A stretch of 64,000 bases of DNA from positions 49,476,001 through 49,540,000 of the forward strand of contig OX597814.1 of NCBI GenBank assembly GCA_951406725.2, given 5' to 3'. Source of the stretch: Octopus vulgaris (lineage: Eukaryota). Shown here one piece after another: positions 51,116 to 64,000 of the stretch (positions within the stretch are counted from its first letter, which is position 1; each line of letters begins with the position of its first letter). The notes beneath the pieces were generated by a model. It ran no database searches. It saw only the letters and a program-made list of their open reading frames with translations, and was not told where the DNA came from. The position numbers were made by a program, and so were the translations under genes.

Positions 51116-52675
51116 TATATATATGTATATATATATATATACTGCACTCATATAGGAATGCAGTGTGTATAGAGGATGACAGCTGTGTGAAGTGAATGGA
51201 ACCTGTGGTTGCAATGAAGTAGTAAAGACTGGCCTCAAGACATTGCATCTCATGGAGATAACTAAAGACCATGTCAGTTGGTGTGGAGAAAACCCAAATA
51301 TCCCTGTAAGCAGGCTTAAATGAACGTTTAAAGGCTACATATTTTGTTTTCATGTCTGGAATTTCTTCTCTAAATCTCTCAGTCTCTGATAGAAATTCCC
51401 ATGGACAACAAGTCTTGAATTCAACTGTTAGGGCCTGGAGGGTTATAATATATGGTAGGGGTCTGTAAACTAAGCCTAATGGACATTTGCTTGCATTCTA
51501 AATTCCTCATTGCTCACTGAATACATTGTCAACCTTCACATTGCTGACTACATCTCTGTACATGGCTTACACTACTTCTCACTAGCCATTCATTAACTCC
51601 TAGTTTGTTTGTTTTTTTTAAGAATCTATCAGACTATAGATTATGGCACCCTGTCAAAGACCTCTCCGGATAAAAAATGTAAGGTAGCAAGGATTACTTT
51701 TGATTAGGAACTTCTCTTATCTCACTAAGAAGAGAAATTAGTGGTACTCCAGCCTGGGACAAAACCAAGCTCATCTTATATAAGCAATTTCTCTTTCTAA
51801 TCAATTGTGCTAAGACTTTTACTGTTACTTTCAAATTTTAGTTCATCTGCAGTAGTTTCTTGTTAGAGCTTTTTTTTTTTTTTTTTGCTGATAATTATAC
51901 TTCTACACCAATCGCCTCCTTGTATTGGTTGTATTCCAGCAAATATTTCCAGCATCACATCAACTATATCAGATTGATGAGCTGCTTTTTATGATTGCAT
52001 ATCCTTAATGGTCATTTTCACAATTTAGCTATTTACCTTAATTGCCGATCCCTCCTTTGGAAGTACTGCCATACATTTTCTACATTCAACAATTTCTCAT
52101 AGAAATATCACCATGCTTATTTTTCTCATAATTAGTGAGGAAAGTGCTACTGCTAATCTAATGACACTTTTTCCTATCAGCATCATGGTTCACCCTACCA
52201 GATGACCTTGCAATCCTGTACACCTACTGCTGCTCCTCTTGGTACCAAATACTGGCAATCTTCTTTCAACTTCTCTCCATGCTATGCTTCATACACTCAT
52301 CATCTTCCTTCGCTTCTCCCTTTCTTCCATTCTTTCCAGGCCTTCTAGCAGATGCCTTGATCTGGCCACAGACCTAGTCTGTAGTACTTGATTATTTCAT
52401 TGAAAATGCCAGATGCCTTCTAAGTTGTAGGTCTCTATCCCCTGATTTTCATCATGCACACATTACAAAAGACATGAACATGTCAGCATTCATTTCCTTT
52501 CCTTTGTAATTCTATAGTCTTATGTCATATACAGTATTTTTAATGACATGCCTGATTTTTTTTTCTTTCACCAAACTGTTAGCTTTGATTTTTGTATTAT
52601 AAGTAAATTTTTTGATGTTCTTTTGTTATCGCAAAATTTTTATTTAATGCCATAAAAAACACATTTTGCTTACAG

Positions 52676-52816
52676 TTACTTGAACGTAACCCCATCACTC
52701 GGTTAGGGATGCCTGGCTGCCCACAAGGTGAAATCCGGAACCATCCATTCTTCAAACCTATTGATTGGGAGAAATTGGAGAGACGAGAAATAGAACCTCC
52801 TTTTAAGCCACGAGTG
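52676..52816 (+). CDS. PRKCD: PKC exon: LLERNPITRLG...IRNHPFFKPIDWEKLERREIEPPFKPRV
   Basis: AG/GT flanks, 141 nt; start of the AGC C-tail. Confidence 0.92.
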
Positions 52817-53433
52817 GTAATTATTAATGAAATATTTTATAACACCATTGTAATGAATATATTTCAGGATAGTTTTTTATTCTCTTTCATTAAAATCTAT
52901 TTTACTTCTATTTTTCATGCTCACATCTGTGAGCTGGTGTGGACATTTGCATGTTAGTGGAGCATTTTTGTAGATGAATGCTCTTCTTACTGTAAGAATA
53001 TAACTATTGTCAATGAAAACAGACTGATATATGCAGAATTAAGTCTTATCCCAATGGCACAACAATAGTTGTGGATTTTAATCAATTTGTTATGTAACCA
53101 GTGGTCCAGCACCTTATCTGCATCATGTCTCCAATATAACAAACATAAAATGGATGATACTTAATGCCCACACACAATTGAAAATATCTACAATACATCC
53201 ATACATATCCTATGTATCCTGTTAGACTTCTTTAAATAAGGGTGCATAGTTTTCTTCTTTTTTTAAAAATTTTATTTTGTTTTTGATCCCATTTATGATC
53301 ATGAAATTTTTTAATAATGTCTTCAATGTTGAACCTTGCAAATTTGTGCGTAAAATTTCATTGAACATTATGAATATCGAGATTTCTTCTGTATATTAAA
53401 ATTACATTATTTTTTTTTTTCTCATTTCTGTAG

Positions 53434-53565
53434 AAATCTGATTCTGATTCTACCAATTTTGACAAAGAATTCACTTCGGATGTGGCTAAATTGACACCAC
53501 CAGACAAGGAATTGTGTAAAACAATAGATCAAAAGATGTTCCAGAATTTCAGTTTTACTGCTTAA
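53434..53565 (+). CDS. PRKCD: PKC last exon: ...NFDKEFT...LTPPD...FQNFSFTA*
   Basis: NFD, turn motif and hydrophobic motif; TAA at 53563-53565. Confidence 0.92.
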   Translation, partial: KSDSDSTNFDKEFTSDVAKLTPPDKELCKTIDQKMFQNFSFTA

Positions 53566-56500
53566 AAACATTGCTATCCTCTAAACCAATGTCTTTATTT
53601 TCAATTTTTTAAAAATAGTTTTCTCAAGGAGCATCCCTCTTAATAAACATCAAAGTGTTTACCTTTTTGTATCCCAATCTCTGTGCTAGCCTCAAATTTA
53701 TCCTCAACTCAACCATTCCTCTTAATTAATTAACACAATAATATTTTGACCTTGAAGAAGTAAAGTGACAAAGGTTTGGGTGATATGAAGCAATAAACAA
53801 TTTTGATTTGTCTTCACAATACATACACAAATATTCTTGATTCAATTTAGTTTTTCAGCTTCTTCGGGAAAACCCCCCCCACAAAAAATAAACAAACCCT
53901 CTCTTGATGTGACAGAGAGAATCTTTGGTATCTTATTTAATACTATTAACACATTTCATGTCTCAGATTACTTTTTCAATGTTGATGCTCGTGAATTGCA
54001 GTATTTGTAATGTTCATCAATATCACCACAATGCTTTTTATATGTCATCACTTCTTTAAAAAAAAGAAAAGAAAAAAATAAATTTTAAAACTTGTTTAAG
54101 AAGATGATGTTAAAATGATGATTAAAAATCATTGTTCTCTGCATGAAGTGATTTCAAATATAGCTGATGGAATTTCTCATCAACTTTTACAATGTCATTT
54201 TCTCCATATTGGAGTATCCCAAAAAAAAAAAGAAAGAAAAAAAAAAGCATTGTGCCCATTCTTTAACTGTCTTCATTTTGTAATCTGATTATTTTCACTG
54301 TTTAAAGAAATTCAGCTGTGATTTTTTTTTTCCCCCCACCCCAAATTAAATTTTTAAAAAATGAAACCGTATTCATTAACATCCTCTTTATAAATTGTCT
54401 GTTGCCTTAGTTCAGTTTCTTTGTATGTCCCTCAATTTTAATCAATAACAGTTATACATGCTTTACTCAGTGAAACACAAAATGGTATGTTTTATTCAGC
54501 TATCAATATGGGGGATATTTTGTTCTCTGCCCCCGCCTCTCTCTCTCTCCCTCTTTGTTTTTGTTTTTCTTTTTTTTTAAAAGCTTTTGTATCCAATGTG
54601 GAAGGGACAAATTGGTTTTATTTGTTTTTCTTGGATTCAACTCACCTTTTAAACTTGAAAGGAAGTCAGTATGTGTTAGCTTGTGACTACTGCAATTGTC
54701 AGCCACCTGGCCTGCAATACAATATGTTTGCCTCTTGTTGCTTACGACTATTCCCTCTGTGTGCTTAGCATTGCTCTTATTAAACCTGTGTAACCCCCTT
54801 TTTTTTTTTTCACCCCTTTGTTTTAAAGTAACTTGTATATAATGCATACTCCTGCACATCACTCTAATTTTAAATTAGTGGTGAGGAGATCTAATATCGA
54901 TATTAAACTACAAAAAGTGAAAGAAGGAACTTTTTAAGTCAACAATATCATATTAAAAAATAAAAAAAAGATTGCTTTTCTTTTCAAGCCTTAATTTTCA
55001 CAATAATTCTATGTGTTCTCTTTTATTTTGTTTATCTTGGGTTGTTACTGCCTTCTATTTGTTGGTTTGCAGACAATCACCTTTTCATGGTTTGCAAAAG
55101 AAATGTATATGACTGGATATGCATGTATGTGTGAATGAAACTCTCATAAGCCCCATCCCAGCCCAATCTCCATTTGAAATATGTACAGACACATTCATAT
55201 TTAGTTTGCTTGTCCATTTTTATGTCAGCATACCATCCACAACTATTGGCCATTTATCTGTGCCTTGATCTGTCAAACCATATTATTATCACCACCTGTC
55301 TTATTATTTTCTTCCCAAATAAATTGGAGCTATTTCATGTCCCCTTTGGAATATTATTTGAAAAAAAAATGTGAAATTAGTTTTGAGATCCTATATTTGT
55401 GCTGTGGGAGGTGAAAAAAAAAATGAAAAAAAAAATGTTATGTTGGTTGCAAGGGAATGTTAATATAAAATTTGTGCATTCAAATATATTGTTCAGAATT
55501 GGTGTTTTTGAAGCTCTTACACAATTTCAATAAATTATATCTTCAATTAAAACCAACTTTTCACATGGACATACATACATCTGTGAAAAGAATGCACTAA
55601 AGAATAAAAGCTTCAACTCCAATTTTGACGTAAAAACACTGTTCCTTATAAAAACAGTACTGAATTTTCAGCTGGTAACTTTAATATTCAATAATGTCTC
55701 ATCAATATTTTGCTTGCCATCAACAACCACTGCTGCTGCCAACAACAAATGCTGACAGGTACTGTAAAAATCAGAATATTATTTGCACAAACTTTTAAGT
55801 TTCACTATTTCACGCTAACTGGTGCCATACGTTCTATGGTATCATTATTTTATGAATAAGTGAGGGAACAAGATATCACACTTCGCTTGCACCCAGTGGT
55901 CAATATTGTCCTCATAAATTGTTTCCTTAAAATTTAGCTATTCTACTGAAAATAGAACAAAAGTGTGCATGCATGCACCACATGCCTAACACACATTCAT
56001 ACTTATGCACTTCTTGTGTGATTCTGGAAAGGCATGAAATGTTTTTTCAATTTTACACCCCAGTACATCATAGAGAATATTAAACTTGAGTGAGCAGTAT
56101 TTTACATATGCCTTCATCTACCAAACTACATATTGCAACTAGAAATATTCAACTATAATAAGTTGAAATAGGGTGTAGTGAAATAATGTGACTTCTGTTT
56201 ATCATTGCTGATATTTAAGGACCGAATATTATGTTAGATTTTCTAGACTGGCAATATTTTTCGTTTTTCTACAATTATTTTTTAAACTTTTGTCCTGTGC
56301 ATTCATTAAGAAGCAGATAGATACATAGCAGCTTCTAGTAAAAGAAGACAAAATGGTTCTGATAATTTATATATTTCCAAAACGGTTTAGCAAAATTAAT
56401 TTGACTTGAAATGTATTGATTCTTTAAATCTTTTACTTTAATGGATGCAGGGGGAAGATTTACCTATAATTTTTTTTTCTTTTTTTAAGCGGGGGAAAAA

Positions 56501-59332
56501 ACTTTGCTTGGTGAATATCTAAAATTGTCTTCCAGTGTGTTCCTGGTTAAGAAAAGGGGACTTTGTTTGATATGTATCAAAACTGCTGATGTATTTTATG
56601 TTTAGGAATGTTTCGTTTCTATCTTTTTAACAAAACTATATATATATATATACATATATATGCATATATATATACATATATATATATTGGTATCAATGGT
56701 TTAAAAATTGATTTGAAGATTTTTATACAATTTTCTTCTTTTCTGTTTTAGTTTGCGGTGTCTTATTCAACCAACAATTTTCAAATTTGTTGGACAATCT
56801 TTTTCCCTTTTTTCTTTTTAAAGAAAATTTTTATAACGTTAAAATTTTGAAAAGAATTTTCAAAACTGATTCTTTTTTTTACTTAGGTTCCCCAAACATG
56901 ATATGGCATATCCCTAGGTTCTATATAACGCTAAAAATGCACAAACTTTTGAGACTTATTCCTTCATTAGTTAGGTTTTTTTTTTTTTTTGAAGTCAGAT
57001 CTGTTCATTCACTGTTCCAGTATCATGGAGACAAAATTTCTATTCTATTCTCACTGTCCTAGTACATTTAAGATGGATCTTTTCTTGTTCCCTCAATATA
57101 TATGACTTTAAGATATGTTGTATTCTTAATGTCTTGGTTCATTTGTGACACTTATTTGAAAGTGCATTAAAAAATGGATCGATTGGTACCATAATTCCTC
57201 ACATCTGCTATTCTCTAAGATAGCTGTTTTGCTGAACTGTTGTTACTGTCATATGTTTAAGACGAACCTGTTTCTTTCATTCAGTGTACAATGGATTTTG
57301 AGATAATTTACTACTGCAGTCTCACTATCTCAATTTGTTTGATACTGAACCCTATTAATATTGTACTTTTAGTGCTCCCAGTTTTATTGACAGTCCAATT
57401 GTTAATACCTGCAGTTTATCTGAGGCACTTAATCCATTTCCCTGTCTCAATGTATTTAGAACTGTACTTAATCTAATATCTTAACATACTTGATGCAGTA
57501 TATATTATTAATCAATGCCACAGTATTTAAGAGAGCTTGTTTTATTTTTAACCATTATTAAAATGATACTTACCTAAACAGATATATTTTATTGTGCCAG
57601 CTCTACTCTAAAACACTTGAGTCAGTCCTGTATTCTGTCATCAATGACTTAGTGTAGTCAAGATACTGAATATCGTACTTTAAACGCCCCAATACATTTA
57701 ACCTATAGCTATTGTTATAGGCCCTATAGCTTTATGTTTTAAAAAACAATTGTTCTTACATCCCTAATAATGATTTATTTGGTACAGGTTTTTGTCCCAA
57801 GGCATTAAAAACAATGTTTTTTTGTGTTTTCAATGTCTTAAGCATTTATGATAAACCTTTTTCTATTTTCCAATGCTCTAGCCCTATTTATTGCTCTTGT
57901 TTTATTATATTGTCAATGGCCCACCCACAGTCTATGGAGCAAAGTGTTTATTGACCCTGCAATGTCCGTATTTTTGAAATGGTCCTGGTGTTTCAATAAA
58001 CCTATGGAATGTTTATGCTTTTGCGCCCTCAATCCCTCTCTGTGTTGATGACAATATATTAAAGTTTTTGAATTGCATGATGGATAAAATCATAGTGATC
58101 AGTATATAAATTCAAGAAAAAAAAAACTTCAATGAAATTTTGTGTGGACATAAGTGTGTTTTTTAAAAATACTTTTTGGTCAAGGTTTTTTTATATAAGG
58201 AAGAAAATCTAAACTTGCAAACTTCATGTTCAAGTATTGTTTACTGTAAATATATATTCTGTAAATCCTTTTGATAGACAGTAAAATTCTTACATCAATT
58301 TTGAATTCAACATGCCCTTCAGATATTTATAAATGTAGCATATGAATAAGGGTACAAATTGCCTTGATCAGCTGAAAGATAATCCTGCAAACCAAAATTG
58401 TATGGATGATATCAAAATATACTGATCCAAAGAAGGCAAGCATGGATCTACAAAATGTACAGTTACAAGTTATGGCAGTCTTGAATAAATGTAACTTCTG
58501 ATTCAGATAAACAGGTAAAAGTGATTGCATATTATATTTGGTAAACTTAAAAAAAATATTTTTGTATGTTATAATAATTAAGAAATAAAGTACAAAGCAA
58601 GTAAACTGTAGTTGAAATAACTTGTAAAAGATTTTCCTCTAATCTTTTAATGTTACCATAGTTTAAAATTACAACATATTACAACATATATATAATTTTC
58701 TTCAAATTTTATAGAAATTCAAAGCATGTAAAATGATTTAGCTTCTACTGACTATTACATATAGCAACTATTTTCAGATATAGATGTACTGAACTTTCAC
58801 TATTACAAGTTACTCTAATACCTCTCTCTCTCTCTCTCTCTCCCCCTTTCTCAGTTTTTGTTTCTGAAATTAAACCATGTATTCTTTTGTCTGATAACTA
58901 ATACTTAAAGGGATTATTTTTTTTCACTAATTAAATTAGAATATTTGACCATTTTTGTGGCAAAGTATGTTTTGATTTCATTCAAAAATATATACATTTA
59001 ATATATATAGTTTCATACAAAGTTTATTTAAAATTAATTTTCATCTTTTAAGACTTCTATGAGGTTTTAATTCTCCCTCTCTCCTCCCACCTCAGTACAC
59101 AAATAAATTTCAACATTGATATACATCTTATAAAAAGGATGCAAATGGCTAAACCTGTAAAAATGAAGTAATATTTTTAAAATATAGACCTATTGTTCAT
59201 TTTTTTTTTTGTTTAAGTTCTTTTAGTTATTTTCCTGAAAACTAAGATTTTACATTACACACACACACACACACACATACTCACACACGTATATAATGTA
59301 TATATCAGTATGTATAAAATGATGTAACTTAC

Positions 59333-59653
59333 CTTTTTCCTTTTTTTAACTGACCATCAAGACCAGATTGTATTTGTAAAAACAAATTTGTCCACTCCTG
59401 ATGACCTGTATTCCCATCATGCATCACTATTCTAAAAGATTTAATCTCTAATGCATACTTTCCCTTCACTTCTTTCCTTATCATATTCCATTTGTCAGCC
59501 ACAATTCCATCAAAATGTTTATGCCACACTTTAAGTTTCTGAACTTCTCCCATTCACTTCACACCACCACAAGCCCTGTCATTGCCACAGCTATATCCAC
59601 AAGCAGAAGACACTTGGACATCTTTCAGGGAATATGTCGGGTATTTCAAAATT
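59333..59653 (-). other. Candidate 321-nt exon of an unidentified gene
   Basis: T-rich tract plus TAG acceptor, AAG|GTAAGT donor; one frame open end to end apart from a single TGA at 59556-59554. Confidence 0.4.
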
Positions 59654-60775
59654 CTAACAACTTTTATATATAAAAAAATAAAAAATTGAAATAAAAAGAA
59701 ATGTCAATTTTTTTTAATTGTAATAAATACTTGAAAAAATTTACCAAATGTTATTTTTCACTGCTTTATAAATACGTTATATTTGGTTTAAAATGTGTTT
59801 CACTGATATGAGTAAATTTGAAATCTCACACTTGTTAGAGAGTTGAGAAATTTATGCAGAAAACTAGAGTAATACGTCTTGACTTCAGGGTAAAGCTATA
59901 ATAATACATATTAACTTCAAGGAAAAGTTGGTCCTGAACTTCATCGCATTCATGGCCAAGATACTTTAACTCTTGCTGACTCAATTACACATAGATGTAA
60001 ATATGTACTCTGAGATCAGTACACATTACCCCGTTGACAGTGGGAACACAGTATAATTAACGAATGTTTGTTAGCATGCTGTAAATTAGTTTATGTGAGC
60101 CTCTGCATCATGCAGTAGGAAACATCTCTAATACATAACTCCAATGTCTTGGACTGACATCAGTATTTACACTGTCATTCTGGTCAGCCAGCATGTGGCA
60201 GCTGTTTTCTAGGACAGGAGACCCTACCTGCCTCCCAACCAACGAGTCGTGGATCATTTATACTAGGTTGCACAAAGAAGAATAAATTTTTATATCTTAT
60301 TTCCATTTTATTGACTATCACAGTCTGCAGTATTTCTGCATAATATATAATTTAATTATTACGTATGTAAGGGATATTTACTAATTAAATTATATATTAT
60401 GCACGTTTTTGTTTTTTGTTATGTGCATGATGCTTCGATCAGTGGAAAAATTGTCTTGAATGAAAACCAGTCTGTGGTACAAAAAATGATTGAGGATTGC
60501 TAATCTAGAGTATATCGAAGTTACTGTATATTCCAAAAGTTTAAATTGACATGATACACTCCTTATAAACAGAAATATTTTGCTTTTCATCCTTTCAGAG
60601 TCGATAGAATAAGTATCAGTTGAGCACTGAGGTCGATGTAATCGACTTGGCCTTGTGACAAAATTTGAAACCAATATTACGTGTTCAGCGCTCCAGGATA
60701 TGCTGAAGCCATTGAAGAGTTGGTATTAGTTTAACAAGGAATTAATTTTACAAACATGAAATGAAAAGCTTAATG

Positions 60776-61178
60776 GAATCTTTTTGGTTTGAACGGCAGT
60801 TTTTTCTAGCGGTGTCATATGAAATTGTCACCCATAATTATGACCCTAGTATCGATCTATTGCATTTCAATCTGTTTTAGGGTTAGGGGTGGGGGAAGGA
60901 TATCTTTTTTTCTTCAGAAATGTAAATAAACCCAATCTGTTTCTTAAACGAGGGACATATTCATACGGCACAGAATGTTTTCACCTCAATAGACGTCATT
61001 GATTGGTTGAAATTGCAGAAATTGAAGAAAAAAACAACAAATATCTTACAAACTATAGAATTTTCTCAATAAAGCCAAGAGATGTTTTATTAACACATTC
61101 TACCAGTATACGAAGTTTAAAAGTGTTTAGTTACGTGGAAATTATTTTAAAAAACTGCCGTTCAAACCGAAAAGATCC
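60776..61178. mobile_element. MITE with G(G/A)ATCTTTT...TTTGAACGGCAG TIRs, 8-bp TSD GCTTAATG
   Basis: TSD at 60768-60775 and 61179-61186; internal (TTAGGG)2. Confidence 0.85.
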
Positions 61179-61669
61179 GCTTAATGTAACAGACTATATG
61201 AAATAATCTAACAATTATGTCAGATGTAGAGGGTATCTAATTTTAATTTAATTTAATTTTTTTTTACTTGAGAAGATATTAATTTGCGGAGCAACTCGAT
61301 ACTTAAGAGAAATTTTGTTTCAAGGGAATTAACTCCACAATGACAAGTACGAGAAATAGCGTTACAACTTAAACATACTGAACAATTTGATTGTATCATT
61401 ATTGAATTCAAAAGGCACGAAAGAACAGTGATTAATGATACCTTCAGATTTTTGTCATGTATATGTATATAATATATATTTCCTACAAATTTGTCTCTTG
61501 TCAGAACGGATCAGAAAGTAAACAAAACTTCAGTATTATGACAGTTTGAGACAGAAAAAGCAACATGCCCACTGATAGAAAGGCTGGTAATATGTTGCAT
61601 AAAAGGTATGCTTACCAGTGATCCTCTTCAATCTGAAATTAATGTCTATTTTCTCCGAAAACAAAACTA

Positions 61670-62045
61670 GGATCTTTTCCTTTTGAACGGCAGTTTTCAA
61701 CACAATTTCTAGTTAACTAAACACATTTAAACTTCGTATACTGGTAGAATGTGTCAAAATAAAACATTTTTCTCTTGGCTTTCTTGAGAAAATTGTAATT
61801 TGTAAGTTTAACGTAGTGTAATTTTTCGAATTTTAATCAATCCTTTGCCCTCTATTGAGCTAAAATCATTTGCTGCGTCTAAAACTGAGACAACACCCTG
61901 TCACTAACCCTAACCCTAAATTTTAGCCTTTCGGTTGTTTGTTTTCTTAATTGTTAAATTAATTCAACAGTATACGAAGTTTAAAAGTGTTTATTTAGTT
62001 TACTAGAAATTGTGTTGAAAACTGCCGTTCAAAAGGAAAAGATCC
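61670..62045. mobile_element. Same MITE family, TSD CAAAA(C/G)TA
   Basis: ~75-bp TIRs ggatcttttccttttgaacggcag... / ...ctgccgttcaaaaggaaaagatcc; internal (CCCTAA)2. Confidence 0.85.
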
Positions 62046-62556
62046 CAAAAGTAACTTGTATAGCGTTAGTGAAACCCAGCAAGTCTTCTGCAACACTTTT
62101 TCTGTCTGAGAAACACGAACGTCAATTTTTTAATTGTTCTTCAAGTAAGGGAGACCAATTTTTATTCATAGTGATTTGTAAAATATTTTCTGATTAAAAC
62201 TAGTTATTTTGGGGTTTGCTCATTAATCAAGGAAGACAACCAAATGTAAGCAATCACTGTCCATGCTGATTTGATTAAATGTCAAGATGAAGTAGAGAAA
62301 TTAACAAGCGTTTTATGTGATGCAGGAATGTACCTACTGAACTAACCGGCCAATAGAAAGTTACTTGCTAACTTATATAAGTTCTATTTTTGGCATATAA
62401 TTACAAATTTATTTATTACTGCATTTTCTTAGTTTTCATGACTGGAATTTGTGATGCACTGATATCTTATTTGAAACAAATGAAGAACTTCAGATTTTTA
62501 AAAACTATGAGAAAAGTTTCAAATACAACAAACTTGGAAATGAATATTACGTTTGA

Positions 62557-62590
62557 CTAGCAGTATAACTCGGCCTTGCCCGGGATTAAG
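62557..62590 (-). mobile_element. Helitron 3' terminus (hairpin plus CTAG|T)
   Basis: Minus strand CCCGGGCAAGGCCGAGTTATACTGCTAG|T. Confidence 0.5.
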
Positions 62591-62666
62591 TTACGATTAT
62601 TAAGCTAATCAAGTTCTTTATTTCAAACCAAACTAAGTAATATCGACTATCAACAAAACACTTTTT

Positions 62667-62835
62667 GGATCTTTTAACTTTGACCGGCAGTAGAAATTAT
62701 TTTAAAAATCTGCTGGTCAAAGTGAAAAGATCCAAAAGATTTTCTATATGACACATTCTACCAGTATACGAAGTTTCAAAGTGTTTAGTTAAAGAAAATT
62801 AATTAATCGAGCTGCCCATGAAAAGGAAAAGATCC
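62667..62835. mobile_element. Rearranged GGATC-TIR MITE copies
   Basis: Mini-hairpin ggatctttt...aaaagatcc (62667-62733), then a right arm ending aaaaggaaaagatcc. Confidence 0.65.
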
Positions 62836-63604
62836 AAAATGACGCCTAATTTCTAAAAAAAACGGGAAATATATCCAAAATAAATGAAATACGCAAAAAA
62901 TTAGGAAGACTCATACATTTTTAAATATTTTATACTAAAGAATAAAACACGATAAACGGGCACTCGCGAATATTAAAGTACGCGTCGGACGAGACAAGGG
63001 GCGGTAACTTGCAAATTCTTGATGGTTTTTAATCAGAATTTTTACTGCGTATACTGGTTTGGGTTAGGGTTAGGTGGTGTGCACTCGCTTTACCTTCGCC
63101 CAATTTATGACGTGATATACAACAGAAATAATTATAAAATAATACAGTAAATATGTTTAAGACGTATGCAAGTTAAGGCACCTCAAAACAAATTTCTTGT
63201 TTTGATAGTAATCCAAATTTTCTGCACCAGTCAATGGCCTTTCCGTTGTTCCCAAATCTCTTCCGAGACGAAATAAGGTTATAGCATTAAAAATTTCCCG
63301 TTCAGGCACAAAATTTTACATAATAGTATATATTAGTTATAGATTAACTTTTAAGAAAAAGATTGCGAAACGGTCTTCTTACAATTCGCAGACGATATTG
63401 TCGGGCCCCTTATATCATTAATAATATCTGACTGGTAAAAGTAAGTTACCGCCCCTTAACCGCAATGCCCGTTTTCCGTTTTGTTTTATATTTTAGTACA
63501 AAATATTTAAAAATAGATGAATCTTCCTAATTTTTTGCATACTTCATTTATTTTGGATATATTTCCCATTTCCCTAACTTTTATTTTTCACAAGAAAGCG
63601 TCAT
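62836..63604. mobile_element. Fold-back element with ~150-bp inverted arms
   Basis: 62862-63010 is the reverse complement of 63443-63570. Confidence 0.65.
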
Positions 63605-64000
63605 GACGCAGTAACTTTATCAGTAAACCTTTTCTGTGGAAATTTACTACACTAGTATCTGAATTTTTTTTTTCGGTCTCATGATTATTTGTATCTATAG
63701 GTATGCTTTAAAAAGACGAGTCATTTTAGGTCTTTGACAATCTCTTATATAATCTATGGAAATGTTACATTTTGTATTCTATTTAATTTTTTATGTGCAT
63801 GTCGTCCAAGTTCACGAAAATTTATATGGTCTAAGAATCAGGAAATATAGTTAGAAATTGTTTCATGCAATCATTGAAACCGATCGATTGATGGATGATT
63901 GTGGGCAGTCTGAAAAGATACTGGAATTTCTGCAGCCATTGATTTATCTTCTTTAAGTTCGAGCGCATTTTAACAGGTACCAAGTAATTAAGATACAATT

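Noticed and set aside
57946-58001. pre-miRNA or snoRNA hairpin (gtttattga...tcaataaac)
   Set aside because: Only a 9-bp stem with a large loop; no clear C/D or H/ACA boxes
59860-60270. Additional coding exon (49-aa ORF MIHDSLVG...)
   Set aside because: Short, no recognisable motif, no convincing splice-site pair

Overview
AT-rich, repeat-dense animal genomic DNA with spliceosomal introns. The SINE families and the 'CDICGKxFS...[12 protein letters not shown]' zinc fingers point to an octopus or other coleoid cephalopod (inference). The window contains: (1) a tandem pair of C2H2 zinc-finger genes on the minus strand, one intact (332 aa) and one frameshifted, each with a non-coding first exon and a shared promoter motif; (2) a complete 9-exon WDR82 gene (minus strand, 313 aa) with a GC-AG intron 2; (3) a 100-N scaffold gap followed by the last five coding exons of a novel-type PKC (delta/theta-like, plus strand) whose 5' half is missing; (4) many mobile elements: several SINE families, two decayed Penelope-like elements (PLEs), RTE-type LINE remnants, Helitron remnants, TTAA/piggyBac-type MITEs, GG-terminal MITEs with 8-bp target-site duplications (TSDs), a Merlin-like transposase remnant and a ~157-bp minisatellite. 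Best leads: minimal hammerhead-ribozyme motifs with a covarying U3-A8 core; a PLE terminal repeat combining a tRNA-like Pol III head with a hammerhead; a 144-bp strand-asymmetric hairpin (tandem GA mismatches, GCGAAAGC loop) in WDR82 intron 2; and a candidate unannotated spliced minus-strand unit near 58-62 kb with in-frame UGA. All coordinates were read by eye and no searches were run.
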